From positions 5,828,001 through 5,892,000 of the forward strand of contig CM022666.1 of assembly GCA_012295275.1 (NCBI GenBank): a stretch of DNA of 64,000 bases, given 5' to 3'. A model generated the notes under the pieces. It saw nothing but the letters and a program-made list of their open reading frames with translations, did no database searches and was not told the origin of the DNA. The translations under genes and the position numbers were made by a program. Shown in pieces: positions 15,239-29,964 of the stretch (positions are counted from its first letter, which is position 1; every line of letters starts with the position of its first letter). Origin of the DNA: Chrysomallon squamiferum. Its lineage: Eukaryota; Animalia; Mollusca.

Positions 15239-17719
15239 ATGTGAAATTGTGTTCATTTTTATGTGTTTGTGAGAGAAACAGACAGAGAGAAAAAGAAAAA
15301 GAAAGAGAAAGGTTTGTACATCTAGACATCAATGTTTGTATTTGACAAATAAACAAATGAATTTTTAAAACAAAAGAAAAAAAAAAAAAAAAATGTTACT
15401 GAAATATGCCTTTAAAATACCAGAATAAATTCATACTTTCACCTATCCAATCACTACATTTCCATCCCTCATTTTATTATTATTCTGGTGTGTGTTTATC
15501 TGTCTTAAATTTAAATTTGATTTTAATTTTAATTTTTAATTTTTTCTTAAATTCAAATTCTTATTGGGAGCTTTTTATTTATTTTTTTGTTCTCATTAAT
15601 TTGTCCTTTTCAGGTGTATCAGTTTGGATAAGGTCAGCGCACACAAGAGCATTAAGTCAACAGCGCTGTGAATTTGGTTAACAAAATGCTGCAAGGTTGC
15701 TGCGATTTCTGTTTAACTTTTACAGCCAATAAAAAAAAAAAAGTCTTGAAAACGAAATCTTGAGAAAATGGTTTTTTTTCCAGTTCTAACCTCATTTTCC
15801 CCACCTATTAATAATATGACAGATTTAATACTTCCAAATCCTGACAGTAAATTACAGATTATATTTATTTAAAAATAAATAAATGTTAAATATTTAAAAT
15901 GATTTCAGTGAAAGTTAAACCATTAAAAATGGCAGCCAAATATTTTGTATGATTTAAAATTTATATTTTCTTTTTATATTCTGAAGGTTGTCAAATTTGT
16001 TTTTCTCAGCAAATTCTCAAAATGGGATCCCAATGTCAAAGTCTGAGAATAACACATGGAACAGAATTTGAAATATAACAACACATTGTTAAACCAGTCT
16101 TAAATATATTTTTAAAAAATATCCCAGATACAAAATTATTCAGATGATCTTCAAAGCACTTTCAGCACATATTTTATATATATACACACAACTACTTTCA
16201 AAATGAGTAAGATGTTAATGAAACAACCTGAAGGAAATTATTCAGATGATTTTCAAATCGTTTTCAAATCGTTTTCAACTCGTAGCCCTATATATAACCT
16301 TCCAGCTGAATAATTCATCAACAACAGAAATTATTCAACAGCATTAACAGCAATATATTTATACAACTCTGATGTGTATATACACTTTCCTCAAAACGAG
16401 ATTAAACTTCCCGATTTCTCAGTACAAAGTATTAAAGTGCAAGAATGTATATATGTGAGGGTGCATCTGTCCCATAAATTATTATCAACATCGTACACCA
16501 ACACTAAATCTGTCCATACTTGCAGATGAATGATATGGACTTTATATAGAAATTTTTCTGTTGTTCATCATCAGACATATATAAAAATCAGCCTGTTGCC
16601 ATCATCAGTTAGTAAATACAGAGAAAACCAGAATGGGGCAATTTCCTTAGCGATTTCCTTCATACGTGATAACCTATCTTGTTCTGTAACAGCAGTCTGT
16701 TGGCCCATTGTCTGTATGTACCCAGGCAATCAATAACTATTACTCAGTAATGTGTGGTAGGGAAATATGTTGCCCTCAAGACTGGAATACATTTAGCAGG
16801 CTTCATTAAATAGCAATGCAAGGATATTCAATTCCTAGCAGTTGTAAGTGGAATGTTTTTTTTTGGTAAAGTAGTATGTGTGTTTCTTGGAAATTCATAT
16901 TTGTGTTTGTGTGTAGTTGATTTATAGGTAAAGATGTGTACTAACTTACTAAGACAGAAATAAAAGGGACAGAAAGAATGTATGAGAGAAAATAAAGACA
17001 GATTTTAGTGTGAGAGAGAGAAAAAGGGAAAAAGAGAGAGATAGAGATGAAGAGGAAAAAAAGGAAATATTGAGATATGGGCACTTAAGCATCAAGAGCA
17101 ATTTTTATTTTATCAAAAATTAAAAATTAAAATTCAGTTAACATGGCCACTGACACATACATATATATATAAGGTGAATAAGAAAAGAAAAGTGGGTTGA
17201 GATACATATACAGACAATTACATACTAGCACTCAAGCAAAAAAATGTCAAACACACACACACACACACACACCTAGATACTCACAAAAACACCCACAAAA
17301 AACATACATACACCTAAACACCATCACATACCCACAGACACTTTTATACATACAACACAAAAACCTATATTGTTACACACACTACACACACACACACAGA
17401 CACACACAGACACACACAGACAGACAGGAAGAGAAAGATACAGAGACAGAGAGACAAGACAGCCTAAACCCTGTACACTATGCACACACAGAGGTTTCCA
17501 AATTGACAGTTGAGGTTCTGGTCTGCTAGATAAGATGGTTAATGAAACCAATTGGCACCAGGTGGAATGTGCTAGCTTGGCAGCAAACATGTCTGAGTGT
17601 TGAGATAAAAACTTTAAAAGCTCATTATAAATACACACAGCTAAGAGCAATAGACAGCACTTCTATATAAACATGATGTAGGTAACACTATCACTAACAA
17701 ATGCAGAAAACTATAGTAA

Positions 17720-17864
17720 TGGACAGATGGATGGATGAATGAAAGGATGAATGGATGGATGGATGGATGAATAGAAGGATGAATGGAAGGATGGACAGAT
17801 GGATGAATGGATGAATGGATGAAAGGATGGATGGATGGATGAAAGGATGGATGGATGGATGGAT
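17720..17864. repeat. (GGAT)n/(GAAT)n tetranucleotide repeat
   Basis: Directly visible; a similar tract occurs at ~26050-26165. Confidence 0.9.
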
Positions 17865-18607
17865 ACATATAACATGCATCTAAAAGTAATGGAGAACAGT
17901 TCTACGTGACTAACAAATAGAAGGTTTGATGAATGGGGTGTATGTTTGGATGGATGTATCCAGATGTATAGATAGATGTATAGATAAATCTATTGTTACA
18001 TGGATGGCTAGAGATACAAGATAGATTAAAAGGATGGATTTCTGCTGGTGATGAATGAGATGTATTTACTTGATGTTAAATAAATAGAAAAATAGATGTC
18101 TATGTGGATGGACAGACACAGATGGATGAATCATTGGAATGGATAACATCTGGTAAATATTTGTTACGTTTCCTAAATGTTAAATGGACAGACAGATATG
18201 ACATTTACATATTACATAATCATTTTTATTCTATTCTATTCTATTTTTTTTATTTTTTAAAAATTTTTTTTTTTAATTTTTTTTTTTTTTAAATTTTTAT
18301 GTAAACTAGATATTACATGAAATCCTGGTGCTGGTTCTCTGGTGAGTATAAAGATTAAAATGTAGTTAATACTTTTATCGGACTGCTATGGAAACAGGCA
18401 GGTGTTCGGCCAATACATCCAATTCGTGTTATAAAACAAGATAATTTGGCATTACTTTCCAAGCTGACTGAGCAAAAAAAAAAAAAAAAAACAATTTTTG
18501 TTAAAAATTATTTTTTTTCGAATTTTGTAACAACATATTTAATTTATTTTTATACATTTATTTATTTATTTATTTTATTATTAAATTAGTTCAATGGTGG
18601 GGGGTTT

Positions 18608-19045
18608 GTACCTGAAAAAGCCAAGAAACCATAACTCTTTGACATACTTTCTAATTGTAATCATAAAAGATTTTCTACTGGTTTTTTTTTTTTTTTTTTT
18701 TTTTTTTTTGTCTAAAAACCTAGTCAAAACCATCTAAAAGCCAATTCACTTTAAAGATTTCCAAGCATTGTTCTTTCTTCTTCTTTTTTTGGCACCTAAA
18801 AAAAGCCAATAAAGCCCCAAAAGCCAAAAAACCTAATTCCTGACCCACTTCGTAATACTAATCATAAAAAATATTCAGCTATTTCTTTTTATGTCCATCT
18901 AAAAACCTAGACAGAACCTTCCAAAAACAAAACCATTTCAAAAAATATTTCCAACCATCATTTCTTTTTTTTTTCTGCACCTAAAAAAATCCCCAAGAAA
19001 TCTTAATTCTTTGACCCACTTAATAACAGCAATCATAAAAAACCA
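18608..19045. repeat. Old ~185-bp tandem duplication, ~2.5 copies
   Basis: Recurring blocks (g/c)acct(g/a)aaaaa...tgac...aatcataaaa (3 times) and tctaaaaacctag...atttccaa (twice). Confidence 0.7.
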
Positions 19046-20000
19046 GTAACAAACTGGAGCAAAAAAATCTGTTGTTACAAAAAAATCAAAGAGGAATGAA
19101 CACAGGGGTTGGGCTCAGATGAAAAGGAAAAAAACAAATCACATGGCCTGGTGTCTGTGTCAAGCAAACTCGCGTCTGCCCATCTGATGGCTGAAATGTT
19201 AATTGGACAGCACCAAGCCAGACATGGGGCTCTGACCCAGGGGTTAACCCTTTTCCTTTCATCATCCCAGTATGGTGTAGGTCTTACTCCATAGGAACAA
19301 AGGTGGTGCTAATCTTTCACAATCTTATTTAGAGAAGAAGCAGCAGTGATTGGGAAAAAAAAAAATCAAAGGAAAACATGTAGTATGCATGACTACTAGG
19401 GTATATATTTTTGAACTTGATCTACGTAAATGAATTATTTTCACATCATTGTATTCATGAATTTACAGCTCTTCTGAAGAGTCGTATTTCATTTTATTTA
19501 TTAGTAAGGTTTAAAAAGGAATATATATTATATATAATATGTAATGTGTATGAGTGTGGGTGTGAATCTTTGCATAATGCAACTTGCTTGTACAATATAA
19601 AAGTTTAAATTAAAATAATAATAATAATAATAATAACAAATTTTGAGTTGTAAAATGAACTGGGTGCCAGAGATTTCAGTAAAGAGATTACCAAATTTAA
19701 AAAAAAAAAAAAAAACCTCAAAAATAAATTAATTAATGATTGTTATTATAGTTATTACTATTGTTGTCATTGTTGTTGATGATGATGCCAACATCATCAT
19801 ATTATTATTACTATTATTGCTATTTTTATTATTATTATTATTATTATAATTGTTTTTTTTTTTTTTTTTTATTATTATTGTTGTTGATTTGTTTGGTTTC
19901 CATTAACATTTTCTTTTCTTTTTCAGTTTTTTTTGTTTTGTCGCTTTTTATTATTACATTTTTCCCCTCCCTTTTTAATTTTGTTATTCAAAACTCTTAC

Positions 20001-20392
20001 CTCCATCACACTCATTATGACATCACGGCCAATGGCGAGACCCTGAACAAACGTCCTAGCAGCAATAAACGCTCTTTTAATCTGTATCGACAACTTGTTC
20101 GGAACATCTCCGAACGGCTTCAGATCGGCCATCCTTTCCGTGACGCAGTTCATGTACTCATCATCGAATTCGTACTGCCGGTTCAACAACTCGAACATCT
20201 TCTGCAACAGTCTGCTGAAAAAGTTATCCATCACGTCCATGAGATTCTTGTCCTTCCCTTTGTAGTAGCCCCGTAAGTCGTCGAATAGATCGGAGAATAT
20301 GTGTGCATTTTGCTGGTAAAGGAGCCCGTACGTCTTGACGAACATTTCGTGTAAGTCCTGCCGAGCTTTGTCCAGAAGTTCGGTGAAAAATT
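20001..20392 (-). CDS. GPC6: Glypican (GPC4/6-like), internal coding exon equivalent to exon 3
   Basis: Minus strand reads tcttccag|AA TTT TTC...ATG GAG|gtaaga; 392 bp, phase 1/0, in frame with the previous exon (G+AA = Glu). Translation: EFFTELLDKARQDLHEMFVKTYGLLYQQNAHIFSDLF...YMNCV...LKPFGDVPNKLSIQIKRAFIAARTFVQGLAIGRDVIMSVME. The F..TYG.LY..N, LKPFGDVP and RAF.AARTF.QGL motifs are typical of GPC1/2/4/6. Confidence 0.97.
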
Positions 20393-20594
20393 CTGGAAGA
20401 AAATGGAGTGAAATTGAATGAGTGGATTGATGAATGTAAATGTGTAAATCTTAAATTGGTTAAATGGTAATTGAATATAGTTTAAAATTCAATAATTAAT
20501 AGCTATCGAATATCTAATTTATGTAGATTGTGTTTACGTAGATAGGTATGTGATAGATACATTTTTCCTTGCCTTAATTACTGTCTCACTTCTT

Positions 20595-20736
<142 letters not shown>

Positions 20737-21015
20737 ATTTACACAAGCATACAAATATATTTGTATCTGCATATATTATACAGATTTAAATATGCTTATT
20801 ACTACATTATTTCTTGGAACGTGTTGAAATTTATATTATACTCTCACTCTGTATTTTTTTTCTCTCACTTCATCTCAGTCTCTCTTTATCATATGAAATG
20901 ATAGTAAAATGTATTCTATACATTTTTCTCATTATTACTTTATAAATCATACAATAACAGATTTTATCTAACTATTAATATATACAATAATTAAAAACTT
21001 TCAATGTGTTTATGT

Positions 21016-21102
21016 GCCTTTTAGTATTTATGGTTAACATTACCATTATATATATATATATATATATAAAATGATAATGTTAACCATAATATACTAAAAG
21101 GC
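21016..21102. repeat. Inverted repeat (~32-bp arms) around a (TA)n spacer
   Basis: Left arm gccttttagtatttatggttaacattaccatt versus reverse complement of the right arm gccttttagtatattatggttaacattatcatt (1 indel, 1 substitution). Confidence 0.9.
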
Positions 21103-21505
21103 TGACATATTTTATGAAAGTTAAAATAACCAAACACTTAAAAAAGATATATATACAGATATTTTTTGTGATAGTAGAAATAACTAACACAAAGGTGCTT
21201 TCATGTTTCATGGATAATTTTCATAAGTGTGCAGTATATTTGTAGAGGCCTGAGTGAAATATCTAGGTTGCCAGGATTTGAACAACAGATAGATTTAACC
21301 TTATCAGTGTTAAGCTTTGCTTATAATCTCTACAACAATATAACTGACACTGGAATCCTCAGTTTAAAACTGTGGTCCCATTGTTTGTTTTGGTTTTTTT
21401 TTGTCATGGATAAATAAAACAAGTCAAAGTGAGGAAAGTGTACAGTTATATAGTGTGTGAATGTGGAAGTAAAATTATAACAAAGACAGGTATGTATATA
21501 TATAC

Positions 21506-21603
<98 letters not shown>

Positions 21604-22091
21604 GAAAAGAAACACCCACACAGAGACAGACAGAGATCAGTAGAATAAAAGAAAGAAGAGAAAAGAAAAAATAGAAAAAGGAAAAAGAAATGATTGTTAA
21701 TAGACATTTCATCTTTTCTGACTAGCAGACACACACACAACACATACACACACACACAAACACACATACACACATACACACAGACATACAAACACACCAC
21801 TTGTAAATTTATGACAGAAACTTATCTGCTATAAAAATTTACTTTTATGTTAAAAAAAAAAGCACCCAAAAAACCCCTCAGAAACAATAACAAAACACCA
21901 TTAATAACCATATTTAAAACACTGTTTGTTTGTTTGTGTATGTACTTGAATGTCTAATAGATATAGATATGTATGCTTGTATGTATATATCTATGTAGGT
22001 AGGTAGGTAGATAGGTAGGTAGGTATGTATGTGTGTATGTGTGTGTGTGTATGTATGTATGTATGTATGTATGTATGTATGCATATATGTA

Positions 22092-22122
<31 letters not shown>

Positions 22123-23423
22123 ATGCATGTATCTATGTATGCGTGTGTCTATGCAAATGGGGAAACATCCAATTTATTTAGTTACAAACAGCTGCAGTAA
22201 TTTCATTTAAATCTGATACACTCAGTGTGTGTTAGCCTGGCACTGTCACGTAACATTAAATAAACAACAGACTCACAAGATGAAATTGGATATTAAATAT
22301 TAATATCAAACTGCTGTTCATTTATGGTCTATTCTCCTATCTCCGTTACGTCGTAACAATGCACAGATGAAGCATTTTTAGGCATACTTCTGTTGTGTGT
22401 TATTTTGCATTTTGTATATTGTTTTACTTGTTACTAGCATCCATTCTTTTCTAGTAATAAAGTATGGAAAATAAAACGACAAAATTTTAAAGTTTATTGG
22501 AGGCTGATGTAGTTTTTTTTTTTTGTTTTTTTTTTGAATAAAAAACAGTCTTTGTTGATAATAAAGAATGATTATTACAAAAAATCTACTATTTTTCTTT
22601 ATTTTTTCTGGGTTTTTGGTATGATGTTTGACATTAAAATTTATAATAATAATAATGAAAATATAATAACAATTAGAAAATAATGATAACAATAATGAAA
22701 CATATAATTATTAGAAAATAATAATAGTAAAGAAAATCATAAATATAATCATAAAATGGTAACTATGGCAACAGTAATTAAGAAATTAAACAATAATATT
22801 AACAAAAACCTATTAATTCTTATATATAAATCGAAACATCCACCATCAGTTAATTGCTTTTCCTTGTTTTTTCTCCACTCCATGTTGAGGCAAATTATTG
22901 ATCGGCATATTAAAAGTTGTTACACCATCATCTGCACTATAGATCCAGTTTAAAATGCAAGACAGCAGCACCTTTTGTTTAAATGTACACACTCCCCTCA
23001 TCTTTCAAACAGTGCAGCTCAATCTATATTTAAACTCGTTTTTCTAACTGGCCGCTCTCAAGAGGTCATGTTTGCACTAAAACTTTCTACTCCACATCAA
23101 AGCACTGGACACTTAGTCCACCACATAATGACCTGTTCTCTCCATGTCATGTAATTATAACCCATTAAATCAGCAGTAAATGGGTGGAGTGGGAGAGAAT
23201 GGTGAGAAAACAAACCCCAGCATGTTGAATCCCGTCCAAATAAAGAGATTGGAAGATTTACGAAGTTTTTTAGAAATATTTTCAGAAAAATGTTCTTTTC
23301 ATGATTTATTCATTTCAAGGCTGTTCAGAGTTTTTATTTACTTCAAAAAAAAATATAAAATAAAAAAATATGTATGTGTGTATGGGTATATAAGTATGCA
23401 CAGAAAAATGTGAGAGTGCTATA

Positions 23424-23459
<36 letters not shown>

Positions 23460-24797
23460 TGTATGTATGTTTGTATGTATCTATATTTGTGTTCATGTAT
23501 GTATTTAGATATGTATTTATGTATGTATGCATATAGGTAGGTAGGTATGTGTTAATGTATTAATTTATTAATGTATGTATGTATGTACATATGTACATAT
23601 GTATTTATGTATGTACATAAATATTTTATCATTTTATAGATAGTCGTGGATAGGTCTGACCCCATTTTGACAACAGACCACTCCAAAATTAACCCAGTAA
23701 CAAAGCTTCACAGATGGGAAATAATCTTTATCACTCTCACAATGGGACACAGCTTCATGTTGACATTTAATCTGAAAGATCAGCGCTATTTATTGTCCAC
23801 CTCAACCTCAGTGACAATTATTAAATATCACAACCACCGTCACAACTTGGAGAAGCTAACTTGGAGAAGCTAACTTGCAAGCAATTTTGTATACATTTTA
23901 TTCAATGCTGCAACACGAAGTATCCATGCACTAAGCTGATATTAACATTTATCGCACCTGTTATCTTAAATAAAACCCATTTACACACTGCCAGAATGGC
24001 ACAAAAGGAATTTGTTATTTAAGAGAAAAAAAAAAAAAAAAGATGTAGTAATTTTAAAATGTAGTTTAAGCTTGTTTAGATATGATGTAAAGCAGAAAAA
24101 CTGTTACATATTTTTAAATATTCCATCTGTGTCTGGTTGTAAAATATTCAGCAGTGTGATTATGGCCATCTGTTTGTTATCTCATAAAGTCTTTTTTTTT
24201 TCTTCTTTTCTTTTTTTTGTGGGTTAGAAAGAGCACAAATGAAAGAATGTGATAAAGAGAGAGAGAGAGAATGTGAATGAGTTACAAAAGGAGAAAAAAA
24301 AGAAGAGGGTAAGGAAAAAAGTAGATGGACAGATAAAGAAAAAGAGAAAGAAATACAGGAAACAAATCTTGAAAGAAAGAGAGAGAGAAAGAAAAACTAA
24401 GTAGGATAAAATGGAAAAAAGAAATTCAGTGAAAGCATAAAATGTTCAAACTAAATTCTTGTCTTATCTAAAAGGAGTGCAAGGTTATTAAAATAGAACA
24501 AATTTGTGAGCAAAATAATATCACACAGAGAATTTTTTTTTTTTTTTTTTAATAAAAAAGTGAACGAAAGGCTTCCTTTCATCTGAAGATGATTTTATTA
24601 TATAAAGATTATATTTGTTTGAATATAGTTAATAGCAAAGAAAAGGAATGCATGTAATTTCATTTTCTTTATCTCTGTCTCTCTCTTTCCCTCTCTTTCT
24701 CTGTATCTCTGTCTCTCTCACTAACACATGTGACTATAATTAGATAGACATAACGAAGAGAACATAATCACATTAGTTCAGTACACACCAAAAACAA

Positions 24798-24888
<91 letters not shown>

Positions 24889-26196
24889 CCCCTCTCTCTC
24901 TCTCTCCCTCTCTTTTCTTTTTCTCTCTTTCTCCCTCTCTCTCTATATTTATCTATCTATCTGTCTATGTTTGTCTTGCTCTGGCTATGTATGTAATATA
25001 TGTCCCACTCTTTTTCTTTCTTTCTTTCTCATAACTCAACTCAACCACAGATCTGTAGTATTTGCATGTGCAGTATTTATGTGTGTTTGTCAGCACTGTT
25101 TATCGCTAATCCGTTCCGATGCATCTTTTTGACAAATGATAGAAACAAGAGGCTCTGTCATGTTACCACTCCCTCGGTTGAGACAGGACAACATGTTCTG
25201 TGCTCTTTGACACATTAATCAATGCAAAAAAGGATGGGAAGAAAAAAAAATATGATGTAGATAGGTCCTCAAGTGCAGAATAATCCACAATCCATAAAAT
25301 GGCAGAGGTTTTTTTTTTTTTTTTTTTTTTTTTTACATGACGTAATCTCATCCTACTCCTTAACCACTTAAGAAATAATAAAACAGAAAAGGAAAAAAAA
25401 TCATAAAGATCATATCTGCTATATCTACACCTACAGTTTTAGACAGAATTGTGTTGGTATGTGTGTGAGTGTGATTGTTTGTGTCTGTCTATCTGTCTGT
25501 CTGTCTGTCTGCATGCATGTCTCTGTCTCTGTCTGTCTGTCTGTCTGTCTGTCTTTATATATGTATGTATGTATGTATGTTTGTAAATGTATGTATCTTT
25601 TACATAAATGTGATTGCATATAAGAGATAGTATATAAAAAGATATCAATAAATATTCCATTAAACCAGTATTCTCACATTCTTCACTCATTTAAATAATT
25701 ATTCATACTGATAACTGGAATTCTGGCTGGAATGGGAGAAAAAAAAAATAACCCAGCAGAAGGTCACCAGAGACAGAAAAGTGTTTTGCAAAGCACAACG
25801 TATGTAGAAAAGTGAAATACCATAATGTATGCTTAAATACCAGACAAAGCTAGTGCCACACTGAACAGATTACCAAACATATTTCTGTAATTATTCCAAC
25901 AACAGAAGAAAAAAAAGGTGAAAGAAAACAGTAAAAAAAAAAAAATTAAAAACAAATGAATGTATTTGTACACCCACACATCACACAAACTGTACTGAGG
26001 TCAAAAATGAGAAACACATACTTCAATTAAGTACATTAACCCAGATTGGAAGAATGGATGGATGAATGAATAAATGGATAGATGAATGAATGAATGAATA
26101 AATAAATGAAGAATGAATAGATGAATGGATGGTTTTGGATTGACTGAGTGAATGACTGAGTGAATAACTGACAGAATAAACTGAATGTTTTGATAG

Positions 26197-26239
<43 letters not shown>

Positions 26240-26727
26240 GTGTGTGTGTGTGATGTACAAATACAAAACAGTATGTCAGCTTTCAATACAATTTTTTTTT
26301 TAAAAGACAGCAACAGATAAATAATGGAGTGCTGGTCGGAATTTGAAATAACTTCATGAAAGCACCACCACACAGTGGTATTCACTGCTTCAGCACAGAT
26401 TAGATCAAAGCCCTATCCAATAAAGCACAGATTTTTGACGATTTACCAGGAAAAATAATAAAACATGTCACTCACGAGCTACATTAACCTAGATAAAAAT
26501 GGACATGGCCACCAGAGTGGGAAATAAAACACAACCTAACCTATTTATGGTCTTAAACCATGACAAATCAGAGCACAGCCCAAAAAACATTAACAATAAA
26601 TAAAACAGAAAAAGACTGAGGAGGATTTTAGTGGGAAAAAAATGAGACATGGAGAAAGGGGTGGTGGCAAAAGTTGATGATAAAAAGAAAGAAATATTTA
26701 AAAAAACAAAACAATAAAGACTGATCA

Positions 26728-26808
<81 letters not shown>

Positions 26809-29214
26809 AGAGACTGTATTTTTGGTGTATGTGTGTGTTTGTGTCTTTGTGCATGTGTGTGTGCATTTTTTAATTATTAAATTTGATCTTATTTATTATC
26901 ATTTCTTTTACGATCATCATCATCATCATCAATATTATTAAATACACCCACCAACCCCTCCACTGCCCCCAAAAAACCTACAAAGACATCTTCTGTGTTT
27001 CGTGTGTACAACAGATCAAAAAGCCACACAAATATGTTTTCTTTCTCACAGAAATGTTTGTACTTATTCAGATTTGTTTATCCCAGTGGGACATCGGATT
27101 AGTAACCTTCTGAAATTTTTTTTTTTTATAAAAGATTCCAGTCATTATATTCCACAATGCAGTTTTCCCATGACAGAAATGAAGCCATATAATTAAGTAG
27201 TTGTAGGTTGATGACCTCAGCTCATGGTTAAAAAAAGGAACAGAAGGTCTGAAGGGGGTGAGGCAAAATGATGGGACGGAGAAAGGAAAGAAGGTTGATT
27301 TTGTAGGTAGCACTGTGTGAAACGAAATGTAATTTTTGTTGTTGTTGTTGTTATATTTTGTTGAATCTCTTTTTGGTTTGTGTAATAGATTATTATTATT
27401 ATTTTATTTTATTTTATTTTATTTTATTTTATTTTATTTTATTTTTTTTTTATTTTATTATTATTAAGTAAAACACTAAAAGAAACAAAAAATAAAAAAT
27501 AAACATACAAAATTACGCAACAGAAACAAACAAACCAACCAAAACAAAGCTTGATCACAAACAGTTGTTATTTCAAAAACTAGAACAGTAACAACACATT
27601 AGTGTCAAATACATAATACCAATACTATTTTTTACAGAATCTCAGACATTTTTTTATAAGGAACAAAAAGCTAGAGCACCATGGGAGCACTTCAGTTTCT
27701 TTCTGACTAACCCCCTCCAGGTTAAATCTTATCAGAGACACAGACCTTTGTAATATGAGTCTAGTTACAACAGCACCCTGAAGGCTTGATCTTTGCCATA
27801 CCCTGACAAAGAGTTTATATTTAATTTATTACATAAAAGTTAACTATTTGTAATAACTTTGCCCAGGGTGTGTAGTAATGTAATGATTATGTTTATATAA
27901 TAAATTGTGTTATTGGCAGATCAAATAAAAACTCAATTGGTTTCTTTGGATTTTTTTTTTTTTTTTTTTTTTTCAATCTGTAAAGAAATCTTTTGTGGAA
28001 ATCAAAGTGTGTGTGTGTGTGTGTGTCTGTGTGTTATGTTGTTGAAAACACAAAGGTAAAGGTAGGAATACATGTCTAATTTTTTTATTAAAAATCTGGA
28101 CAAAAATAGTTTTAATAAAGTTTAACACCCTGTCTTAAAAATATGTTGAAGAAGGGTGTTTGTATGTGTATATGTGGGACATGTGTTTGTGTGTGTATGT
28201 TTTTATGTGTTGTGTATGTGTATGTATATTTGTATATATCGTGAATGTGCATCCATTATTGATATGTACACATATAAATGTGTATGTATGTCTATGAATG
28301 TACATTTCTATTGTGATCTGTATGTGCGCATTACTGTGTTTATGTATGCATATTTAGTCTGGTATGTACAAAATCTGTTAAACAAATTAACTCCTGAAAT
28401 ATATCTTCAAAAAAAAAAAAAAACCCAAAAACAACCACAACAACATATATTCATCCTTTCGCAAAATAACTCATTTTAAAAATAAACAATCACATGTCAG
28501 TCTCAATGAATGTAAGACATAAACATGGAAACCACCACATGTACAGGGTGTTTGTCCAGAATTAACCCAGCAATGGGAAAGGTTAATTTGAGTGGACAAA
28601 AAACCACCACCCAGAGACATGACAGCAGTGAGAGTCAGCAGAGATGAGAATGAAAACAATTTTAATGAAAAATCAACCATCCTCTCATTTGGGGGTCCCC
28701 CACTGACACACCTCAATCACCGGGCAAGAAAAGACAAAGGAAAAGCCTGCAGTTTATGATGAAAAGTATGGTGTGGCTGTTTTCACAGTGCTTCAGGCAC
28801 CCAAGGGAAATCCTCACCCTTCTTCCATAGAAAATAAATACAACAGTGCCAGGATGGTTCATAATAACAACTGTCATGGTAACTTTTGATAGATTAAAAA
28901 AACAAAAACAAACAAACAAACAAACAACAAGTACACACACATACACACATACACTATTTAAATTAATATTTTAAAGTTAACCATATAACAATCTTAACAG
29001 ATTTCAGTGCCCAAATTACCTGTTACAATTTTCTGCCTATTGCAATTGTGCCTTAATTGTGCCTAGTATGTAGTATATTGAATAAATGCTTTATCCCCAA
29101 AATAGAAATAATATGAGCTTCAACCAAACCTTTTTACAAATCAGTAGAGTACCTACTGCAAATCTGATGAACCCAAAATAATTTCAAACAAACTCTGATA
29201 ATATTATAAACTTT

Positions 29215-29520
29215 GTTTCTTTTCCAACTCAGGTGCAACTTGAAACTGATTATGAAAATGTTTTCTGTGTACTTCATCAAGCCTAATTACAAATTGGCTA
29301 TCAACATGTTATATTTGTATTTCATCCAGCCTAATTACAAATGGGCTATGAAGATATTGTCAGTGCTTCTTCCAGCCCAGTTTCAAATGGGCTATGACGA
29401 TGTTATGTCTGCATTTCATCCAGCACTGTTACAAATCTTGTGTCTATACTTTGTTCAACCAAACTAGAAATGGACTATGAACGCACATGTTTGACCCATC
29501 CCAACTGCAGATGGGCCAAG
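29215..29520. repeat. Degenerate ~47-bp tandem repeat
   Basis: Recurring ttcatccagcctaattacaaatgggctatg-like block, about 6 copies. Confidence 0.7.
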
Positions 29521-29930
29521 CAGTGACTATAATTAAGCCTGCTGTGGGCTGTGTGTGAAGAAAGGACAGAAGCAGGGGAAACTGTATCTTCTTTTCAGCA
29601 ACTCTAGAAAGGAATTTTAATGGAATCTTGTTAACCAACATATCGGATGTCATTTTAAGTGTGCTTACAAAACGACCATATTAAAATTTCATACACCAAG
29701 GAACAAGCAGCAGAGGGTTTCAGATTCTTTTACTTTTTTTTTCACATGACTTCTTCTTTTTCTTTTTTAAGTTAGTGGGTGGGTGGGTACTGATGTAGGT
29801 ATTTGTGTAGTGAAAAAAAAAAAAAAAAAAAAAAAAAACGAGTAGGAGGTGTATTTAGAAATAAATGTATAGAAAAATATTTTTTAGTGTTTTTTTTTTT
29901 TTTTGTTTTTATACAAACACATGAAATCCC

Positions 29931-29964
<34 letters not shown>

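Larger units (their letters stand above)
9054..20000 (-). other. Glypican intron (~10.9 kb), GT-AG
   Basis: Donor GTAAGA at 20000, acceptor CAG at 9054; phase 0 junction (...VME|IPSS...). Confidence 0.9.

Noticed and set aside
19761-20276. 171-aa + strand ORF
   Set aside because: It is the antisense shadow of glypican exon 3 joined to a low-complexity poly-Y/F/L stretch; there is no independent coding evidence.
19923-20345. ORF-track boundaries for the glypican segments (also 47297-47512)
   Set aside because: The starts and C-terminal tails are artefacts of reading past splice sites; splice-defined limits are 20001-20392 and 47362-47520.
23844-23877. Perfect 14-bp direct duplication aacttggagaagct
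   Set aside because: A simple local slippage duplication with no inserted element between the copies.
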